From positions 1-63,343 of the forward strand of contig JAZREK010000070.1 of assembly GCA_045660765.1 (NCBI GenBank): a stretch of DNA of 63,343 bases. Reading direction: 5' to 3'. The stretch's first letter is position 1. Each line of letters begins with the position of its first letter. Under the pieces are notes generated by a model. It was not told the DNA's origin. It worked only from the letters and a program-made list of their open reading frames with translations, and made no database searches. The DNA is from Clostridia bacterium (GTDB taxonomy: Bacteria > Bacillota > Clostridia > UMGS1883). This document shows, piece after piece, positions 44,827 to 51,452 of this stretch. The translations under genes were made by a program, and so were the position numbers.

Positions 44827-45510
44827 TCACATACTTTCGATAGTTTTAATCATAATTTTTGAACTGAGGTCTGCCGCTTTTACGCGGAATTCTTCATAGG
44901 TGAGTTCTCCGCCACCGTCAGCACCGTCGGAAATTGTACGAACTACGCAGAACGGAACATTATTCATATAACAAACGTGAGCAACTGATGCACCCTCCAT
45001 TTCACAAGCGGAAGCGTTGAACGTGTCGCGGATGTTTTCTTTCTTTTCCACATCGGCAACAAAACAGTCCCCCGATGCGATAATACCGCGAATGTAGGGA
45101 GTTTCTATGTTTGCGCAGATTTTTTCGGCAAGTGTTTCGTCGGCAGGAAATTCAATAATATTGATTCCTGAAATAAGCCCTTTGGGATCGCCGAGCGGAG
45201 ATGTGTCCATATCGTGCTGAACAAGTGCTGTTGCAACAACTGTTCCGAGAACACCGACCTTGTCGGAAAGTGTACCTGCAATACCTGAATTTATGATTGC
45301 GTCAGGTTTATAGCGGAGTATCATTGTCTGCGTACAGATTGCGGCAAAAACCTTTCCCACACCGCAGATTGCCGTTACAACCTCGGTCTTTCCAAGTGTA
45401 CCTTGGGTATAAGTAACACCGCTTATGGTTTCTTCTTTTTTGTTTTCAAGGCGGGCATTGATTTTTTCAATTTCAATGTCCATAGCTCCAATAATTCCTA
45501 TCATACTCAT
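44827..45510 (-). CDS. mtnN: 5'-methylthioadenosine/S-adenosylhomocysteine nucleosidase
   Basis: IGIIGAMDIEI, EMEGASVAHVC and RTISD motifs. Confidence 0.9.
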   Translation of the reverse strand: MSMIGIIGAMDIEIEKINARLENKKEETISGVTYTQGTLGKTEVVTAICGVGKVFAAICTQTMILRYKPDAIINSGIAGTLSDKVGVLGTVVATALVQHDMDTSPLGDPKGLISGINIIEFPADETLAEKICANIETPYIRGIIASGDCFVADVEKKENIRDTFNASACEMEGASVAHVCYMNNVPFCVVRTISDGADGGGELTYEEFRVKAADLSSKIMIKTIESM

Positions 45511-45513
45511 ACC

Positions 45514-45972
45514 TCACTCATACTTGAAATCGGGTGTATAACCGTTTAAAATCTCAAGGTATTTTTTACATCTTGCATTAAAAACACCCATATCTACCGT
45601 TTTCTACTTTCCCCACTCAATCTGCGATGCACCGAAAACCTCGCCCTCGTGATTTATTACTTTTTCAAGTGTTTCTTTAAGAACTGCAAGAACTTTTTCA
45701 TTCTCGCCATTTCTTACAAGAAGGTAAAATCCCGTCTGGCAACCCATCGGTCCGAAGTAGATAATGTCGCTCGCAAGTTCGGACGAACGGATATATGTCG
45801 CAATCATATGCTCAACACTGTGCATAGTTGCATTATCCATATAGTCTCCCATATTGGGTTTTCTTGTACGCAGGTCGTATGTTACGATATCGCCGTCAAT
45901 TCGCGACACATAAATACCCTCTTTTAATTTGTTGTGGTCTATTTTGAAACTTTCGATTTTTTCTACGTTCAT
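45514..45972 (-). pseudogene. luxS: S-ribosylhomocysteine lyase (LuxS) with an in-frame TAG (45604-45606) and a Cys-to-Trp change at the metal-ligand position
   Basis: HSVEH and PMGCQTG motifs are present. The frame reads ..ASQIEWGK-TAG-KTVDMGVFNARCKKYLEILNGYTPDFKYE-TGA. The combined 152 codons equal canonical LuxS length, and the canonical ..QCG.. is WG here. Confidence 0.7.
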
Positions 45973-45982
45973 AAAAATCTCC

Positions 45983-47107
45983 TTAATTATCTTTTCTTTG
46001 CGCCAGGTCGCCTATCAGAAGCATAGACAGATTATAATACGGGATTACGCTGTCTATCTTCATGTATTCGTCGGCACAATGGTCATCTCCGCCACTGGGG
46101 CCCATTGCATCAAGGCACAAAACGCCGTATTCTGCCAGAATGTTGCCGTCGGAAAGCCCTCCTCGTGCGCGGTGTCTGAACTCTATGCCGTTTTCTGCCG
46201 TTATTTTTTCGATATGTTTTATATAACTATCCACTCTTTCGGTGTAGGCCATCGCACCTTTCACACTTCTTTTAACCTGCACCTGTATTCCGCGCGACTG
46301 TGCCTCGGCACTCATCTCTTCAATTGCCTTGTCAAAACGCGTTATTTCGCTGTTATCGGCAATGCGTATATCTATTTTCATACTTGCTTCAGGGGCAACA
46401 ACATTTCCCTTTACACCACCGTTTGCAAGTCCTACGTTAACAGTAGTTCCTTTTTCAACGCTCGCCATTTCGGAAAACTTGACAATCCATTTGCCCATTT
46501 CGTGAATTGCACTTTTTGCACCGTTTGTGAACATATAACCGCAATGTCCACCCTTGCCGAGGAAATTTATCGTGTACCATAATCCGCCCTTACGCTCGGC
46601 ACAGCAACCACCCTCGCCCGATGCCTCGTATATAAAGCCGTAATCCGACTTTCTCGCATATTCTTCATATACGTGTCGGGAATAAATACTGCCAATTTCT
46701 TCGTCGGGGTTAAATATCGCAACAATATTAAGCTTTTCAAAATATTCCGCAGGCAGATTTTTCAGAAGATGATACATCATCAAACTGCCGTGCTTCATAT
46801 CGCATACACCCGGGCCATAAGCGATGTTGCCCTCTATCCTGAAGGGACGCTCGGCACATGTTCCTTTCGGAAAAACAGTGTCAAGATGCCCTATCATAAG
46901 AAGGTCGTAACGCTCCGCCTCGCGGTTGGTGCAGATAACACATTTTCCGCATTTGCCGTCAAATTCATGCTCGTGTACGTTCCATCCCATAGCGTTAAAC
47001 TTTTCCGCAAAGAAATCTGCAACCTTTGTAACACCTTCGGAATCTTCCGTACCACTGTCTATATTCACAAGATATTCAAGCTCTTTAAGATACTGACCAA
47101 GATCCAT
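45983..47107 (-). CDS. M20-family metallopeptidase (carboxypeptidase G2-like)
   Basis: GHLDTV, NPDEEIGS and GGHCG motifs. Start reset to MDLGQYLKELE (ATG at 47107). Confidence 0.8.
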   Translation of the reverse strand: MDLGQYLKELEYLVNIDSGTEDSEGVTKVADFFAEKFNAMGWNVHEHEFDGKCGKCVICTNREAERYDLLMIGHLDTVFPKGTCAERPFRIEGNIAYGPGVCDMKHGSLMMYHLLKNLPAEYFEKLNIVAIFNPDEEIGSIYSRHVYEEYARKSDYGFIYEASGEGGCCAERKGGLWYTINFLGKGGHCGYMFTNGAKSAIHEMGKWIVKFSEMASVEKGTTVNVGLANGGVKGNVVAPEASMKIDIRIADNSEITRFDKAIEEMSAEAQSRGIQVQVKRSVKGAMAYTERVDSYIKHIEKITAENGIEFRHRARGGLSDGNILAEYGVLCLDAMGPSGGDDHCADEYMKIDSVIPYYNLSMLLIGDLAQRKDN

Positions 47108-47198
47108 ACCGATATTCCTGCTTTCCGCTTCTCGTTTATTGTGAAATTCCTTGAATAATGCCGTAATATATGCTATTATGTTGGTGGAGGAGATACTA

Positions 47199-47414
47199 AT
47201 GGGACTTTTTTCAAAAAAACTTAAAGAAACAGACACTTGCCGTTACTGTAAGTTCGCGACAAAAGACGGCGAAGTTTATACCTGCAAATACAAGGGCGAG
47301 GTTAAACCCTCCTCCGTGTGCAAAAAATATGTATTCAATCCGTTTGCACCGCGTGTTCCGAGAGTGCGCGCTCTTGATACCACCATGTTTGATCCGCTTG
47401 ATTTTAAAATTTAA
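47199..47414 (+). CDS. small 4-Cys protein (hypothetical, probable zinc-binding)
   Basis: GGAGGAG RBS 5 nt upstream. CRYC-x11-C-x11-CKKYVFNPFAPRVP pattern. TTGAAT, 17 nt, TATTAT promoter upstream. Confidence 0.6.
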   Translation: MGLFSKKLKETDTCRYCKFATKDGEVYTCKYKGEVKPSSVCKKYVFNPFAPRVPRVRALDTTMFDPLDFKI

Positions 47415-47422
47415 GCACTCGC

Positions 47423-48115
47423 TTAATTCTGCATACCGTTAAATGACACATCTGCCGCTTCGGCATCCATATTGCAACGGAGTCGGTAGAACGGAACTCT
47501 TGCAAGTAATTTGTCAATTAAAACAAGCATTTTTTCCATTTCGTACATATCGTTTGTACGAAGTGTCTGTGTTAAAACTGTCGAGATAGCTTCGTGAGGG
47601 GCTATCTTTTCTATTTCATTTTTTTCGCCACGTTCAAGTATGCAAACTGCCTTAACGGGAGCTACGATATTGTGACCATAATTCTCCTTGCCCCTCCACG
47701 GTGTTCCGCAGGCGTAGAATTTATCGCCACGGATACGAAGAATCGGCTTATCGCCGTTTACCACAACAAATCTGTCGCCGAATTTTTCGCGCCACAAATT
47801 GATATGTGTGGTCTTTCCCGTACCGCTTTTCGCGGTGAAGAGATATGCCTCGCCGTCAACTGCTACGGCGGCACAATGCATCAGCATAGCATCGTACTTT
47901 AATATCTTTCGGCAGATGATTCTGTATATTTCAAGAGTTTCGAGGTAGCCGTCGGAAAAGTCGGGGTTTTTCTTAATAACTTCACGCATCACCTTGTCGG
48001 GAACTTTTACGGAAAAATTCGGTTTTCCTTCAAATTCAAACTCTTTGCAATAATCCTCGAAATACTTATATTTATTTTTTACATCAATGATAAGTCCTGC
48101 AATTTTAATAATCAT
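47423..48115 (-). CDS. HPr-kinase C-terminal-domain-like P-loop protein
   Basis: LMHCAAVAVDGEAYLFTAKSGTGKTTH resembles the HprK-type H-G-x-x-V..G.G.L..G.SG.GKS block. AAAGGAG RBS; TTGCGT, 17 nt, TAAAAT promoter. Confidence 0.6.
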   Translation of the reverse strand: MIIKIAGLIIDVKNKYKYFEDYCKEFEFEGKPNFSVKVPDKVMREVIKKNPDFSDGYLETLEIYRIICRKILKYDAMLMHCAAVAVDGEAYLFTAKSGTGKTTHINLWREKFGDRFVVVNGDKPILRIRGDKFYACGTPWRGKENYGHNIVAPVKAVCILERGEKNEIEKIAPHEAISTVLTQTLRTNDMYEMEKMLVLIDKLLARVPFYRLRCNMDAEAADVSFNGMQN

Positions 48116-48221
48116 AGCAATACGACTCCTTTATATCATATAATTTTATACTTTTTTCGCTGAAAACGCAATAGATATTTTAATTTCCGCGCCGAAACGA
48201 CAAAAAAAGTTCAAAAAGGTC

Positions 48222-48251
48222 TTGCACACACACGCCTTTTGGTAGTATAAT
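48222..48251 (+). promoter_or_regulatory. strong sigma-A-type promoter with no ORF behind it
   Basis: TTGCAC, 18 nt, TATAAT. Confidence 0.6.
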
Positions 48252-48356
48252 AACTAAAGCAGGTGATTTCTACGGAAATCTCAAGACGAAAAGTAAATCA
48301 GGATTTGGATTTACGTCGGAGTCTTCAAAGCAAATATTTGGGACCACTCATTGGAG

Positions 48357-48636
48357 TTAAGCCATTGGAGCATTATCCAAACCTGCCCCAAATGGCTGAA
48401 AATAGGCTTTTTCTTCGTTATCGGTCTTAAAATACACAAAGTATTTTTTCGCCCTGCTGCCTTGAAAAACCTCAATTTTGAACCATTTGGGGTTCAAAGA
48501 ATTTTTTACTAACTATTTTTGAGCAAAACAAGGCAAAAACGAAGCCCATACTGTCGTATGGGCAAGGCTTTTAACACAGTAGTGCGCAAAAAGAGACTGT
48601 AAAAAACAGAGTTCAGATAATACTCCAATGGCTTAA
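48357..48636. repeat. 21-nt inverted repeat pair enclosing 238 nt
   Basis: ttaagccattggagcattatc (48357-48377) versus gataatactccaatggcttaa (48616-48636), 20 of 21 complementary. Outer ggacc/ggtcc can extend the helix. Confidence 0.8.
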
Positions 48637-48857
48637 GGCCATACGGACAGCCGGGTCCACTGCCGATTGGCGAATTTTTCGCCTTGTTATTGATTGAGTT
48701 AAAAGCTCAGTTTTATAAGTTTTTTCAAAATGCGTTACGCAAACTTGTGAAATGGTCAATAAAGAGTAGTAAAAGTGTTGTGCTATATAGACTCTGTATG
48801 CCCGAAATCCGCGAGAGAACTCGTTTTTTTGAGGACTCTTTTTTACGCAGATATTAT

Positions 48858-48893
48858 CGCAGGTTGTGTAACTACAACCTGCGTTTGTTTTTT
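48858..48893 (+). terminator. strong intrinsic terminator
   Basis: cgcaggttgt-gtaact-acaacctgcg followed by TTTGTTTTTT. Confidence 0.85.
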
Positions 48894-49169
48894 AACCAAA
48901 AGTGAATAATCCGAACCTGCCTTAAACGGTGGAATTTCGGCATCTTTTGGTTTGTCATCCTTGTAAGGCACAAAGCATTACTGCCTCTTCCGCGCCAAAA
49001 TCTACTCAAAATTTCATCCGTTTCAGGTCATTGGAATTTTCAGAGAGCAGATTTTTGTTTGCGGAAGGCAAAAACACAGGTAATCCTGACGGATTACCGA
49101 GTATTTTAACACATCGAAAGCGGAAATCTGCCTCTGAAAATCAGAGTTTGGATTACTCGCTTTTGGTTA
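48893..49169 (+). repeat. MITE-like structured repeat, copy 2 (family A), ending 14 nt before the potA start
   Basis: Same TIRs taaccaaaag/cttttggtta. About 90% identical to rc(4224-4472), with a ~29-nt extra hairpin (ctctga-aaa-tcagag) near the 3' end. Confidence 0.85.
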
Positions 49170-49183
49170 AGGGGTGTTTACCG

Positions 49184-50671
49184 ATGAAAGAGAAAGTAAT
49201 TATTGAACTTAAAAACGTATGCAAGCACTTCGGCCAGACGTACGCGGTCGAGGATTTTTCCCTGCGCGTAAAAAAAGGCGAATTTGTAACCTTTTTAGGC
49301 CCTAGCGGTTGCGGTAAAACCACCACGCTCCGAATGATTGCGGGGTTTGAACTTCCCACAGGTGGCGAAATATTGTTAAATGGAGAAGATATTGCACAGC
49401 TTCCTCCCTACAAACGCCCCGTAAACACAGTTTTCCAGAAGTACGCGCTTTTCCCCCATATGGATGTTTACGACAACATCGCATTCGGTCTGAAGCTCAA
49501 GAAGATTGAGGATGGCGGAAAAATGCGTCATCTCACAAACGAAGAAATAGATAAAAAGGTCAGAAACGCACTTAAAATAGTTGACCTTGAAGATTACGAA
49601 GCGCGTGATATTTCCACCCTTTCAGGCGGTCAGCAACAGAGAATTGCTATCGCACGCGCAATTGTAAACGAGCCTGAAATACTGCTTCTTGATGAACCCT
49701 TGGGCGCGCTTGACCTTAAAATGCGTAAGGATATGCAGCTCGAACTTAAGGCGATGCACAAAAAGCTCGGCATCACATTTATTTACGTTACGCACGATCA
49801 GGAGGAGGCGCTCACCCTTTCCGATACCGTTGTCGTTATGAAAGACGGTATGATTCAGCAAATCGGCACTCCCGAGGATATTTATAACGAACCGAGCAGT
49901 GCGTTCGTTGCAAACTTCATCGGCGAAAGTAATATTTACAGCGGTACATACAAGGGCGATATGAAAGTTCGCTTTATAAACCATACATTTGACTGCGTTG
50001 ACGAATTCCCGAAAAACGAAAAGGTTGATATCGTAATCCGTCCCGAAGACGTTCATATCAAGGAAGACGGCGAAGGTATGGCAAAGGGCAAAATCGTCAG
50101 CAAGATTTTCAAGGGTATTCACTACGAATATATTATGATGGTCGGCAGAAATGAGCTTGTTGTAGTTGACACACGCAGTTTTGATGTTGGCAAGACATAT
50201 ATGTTCGATATTGAGCCTGACGGTATTCATATTATGAAGAAAGAGCTTACCGCCAACGTATATAACGATGCATATATTGACAAAAACAACCGCGTTGTTA
50301 TTTCCGAAACTCCGTTTGAGTGCGACATCACTTCTCTTGTTCAGGGAAGCGTCGTTGACGAGGAAGGCTATGTTGTAGGTCCTGACGGCACAAAGTACGA
50401 TTTCACCGATGCCGACGTTGTGGCTACAATCGGACTTGACGCTATTGAAATCCTTGATGACGAAGAAGCAGGTATCGTTCGTGGCGAGATTGTTTCGATA
50501 ATTTACAAGGGTGACCATTATCAGCTTACAATCCGTACCGCTGAGGATGAAGACTTCGTCCTTGACACCGGATATACATACGACGAAAATGACCTTGTAG
50601 GTCTTAACGTAAAACCCGAAGACATTAAAATAAAACTGAAGGGAGAGGCGAAGCAGTATGCGAAAAAATAA
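49184..50671 (+). CDS. potA: spermidine/putrescine ABC transporter ATP-binding protein with a duplicated C-terminal TOBE-like domain
   Basis: Walker A GPSGCGKTT, LSGGQQQR and LLLDEPLGALD. Start at MKEKVIIELKNV after AAGGGGTG; the 85-codon upstream extension lies in the repeat. Confidence 0.9.
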   Translation: MKEKVIIELKNVCKHFGQTYAVEDFSLRVKKGEFVTFLGPSGCGKTTTLRMIAGFELPTGGEILLNGEDIAQLPPYKRPVNTVFQKYALFPHMDVYDNIAFGLKLKKIEDGGKMRHLTNEEIDKKVRNALKIVDLEDYEARDISTLSGGQQQRIAIARAIVNEPEILLLDEPLGALDLKMRKDMQLELKAMHKKLGITFIYVTHDQEEALTLSDTVVVMKDGMIQQIGTPEDIYNEPSSAFVANFIGESNIYSGTYKGDMKVRFINHTFDCVDEFPKNEKVDIVIRPEDVHIKEDGEGMAKGKIVSKIFKGIHYEYIMMVGRNELVVVDTRSFDVGKTYMFDIEPDGIHIMKKELTANVYNDAYIDKNNRVVISETPFECDITSLVQGSVVDEEGYVVGPDGTKYDFTDADVVATIGLDAIEILDDEEAGIVRGEIVSIIYKGDHYQLTIRTAEDEDFVLDTGYTYDENDLVGLNVKPEDIKIKLKGEAKQYAKK

Positions 50672-51452
50672 TCTTTTTTCCAGAAAAACGCTCGCCGTGC
50701 CCTACGCAATATTTTTGATTCTGTTTGTAGTTATTCCGCTTTTTCTGATTGTGGCATACGCCTTTACTAATGAAAACGGAAAACTGACATTTGAGAATTT
50801 CAAGACATTCTTTTCAGGCGGACATAACATAAGTACGCTGATGTTCAGCATATTTATAGGCATGTTAAACACTGCAATCTGTCTGCTTCTCGGTTATCCC
50901 GCGGCGTTTTTCCTTGCGAAAAAGAACCTCAGCTTCGGTAAGGCAACCATGCTTCTTTTCGTAATGCCGATGTGGATTAACTTTGTATTGCGTACCTCTG
51001 CGACACGCGACCTTCTGTTCTGGATAGGAATATCGGGTGGCGAGCATCCGTATATTGCGACAATGATTGGTATGGTTTATAACTATCTGCCGTTTGTAAT
51101 ACTTCCGCTTTATACGACAATGACAAAAATGGATATTTCGCTTATTGAGGCGAGCTATGACCTCGGCGCAAACAAGGTGCAGACATTCTTCCGCACCATT
51201 CTGCCCATGACGATGCCCGGTGTTGTTTCCGCGGCAACAATGGTATTTATGCCCACGATGAGCAGTTATGTAATAAGCGACGTTATGGGTGAGAGAACAA
51301 TCTCTCTTATCGGTAACAGTATTCAGCTTTATTTTGATCAGGGACTCTGGCATATAGGCAGCCTTGTTGCACTTATTATGCTGGCAATTATCGCGTTCGG
51401 TTCGCTTTGCACCGACACGCCCGAAGAAGATGCGAGAGGAGGTCTGTGGTGA
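50658..51452 (+). CDS. potB: spermidine/putrescine ABC transporter permease
   Basis: Six TM segments with EAA loop IEASYDLGANKVQTFFRTILPM. Confidence 0.9.
   Translation: MRKNNLFSRKTLAVPYAIFLILFVVIPLFLIVAYAFTNENGKLTFENFKTFFSGGHNISTLMFSIFIGMLNTAICLLLGYPAAFFLAKKNLSFGKATMLLFVMPMWINFVLRTSATRDLLFWIGISGGEHPYIATMIGMVYNYLPFVILPLYTTMTKMDISLIEASYDLGANKVQTFFRTILPMTMPGVVSAATMVFMPTMSSYVISDVMGERTISLIGNSIQLYFDQGLWHIGSLVALIMLAIIAFGSLCTDTPEEDARGGLW

Larger units (their letters stand above)
48258..48893 (+). ncRNA. candidate long structured non-coding transcript or leader upstream of potABCD (unclassified)
   Basis: No ORF with an RBS between promoter and terminator. Perfect hairpins gcccatac-tgtc-gtatgggc, ttgaacc-atttg-ggttcaa and ggcgaa-ttt-ttcgcc, plus a 21-nt long-range inverted repeat. 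Ends at a strong terminator. Confidence 0.35.

Noticed and set aside
48929-49183. An 85-codon N-terminal extension of PotA.
   Set aside because: It lies entirely within the family A repeat, which is also present non-coding at 4224-4472. The ABC ATPase homology begins at MKEKVIIELKNV, which has its own RBS.
49622-50518. Long antisense ORFs inside well-supported genes. Examples: 49622..50518 in potA, 52052..52984 in potCD, 26445..27062, 35463..36080, 45929..46582, 15728..16198, 39351..39926, 39990..40556, 41553..42128, 56835..57326, 62110..62700.
   Set aside because: Each lies fully within, and opposite to, a gene with clear family motifs. Their translations are Cys/Phe/Asn/Val-rich nonsense with no RBS or recognisable domain. 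They are shadow ORFs produced by the codon bias of the sense strand.
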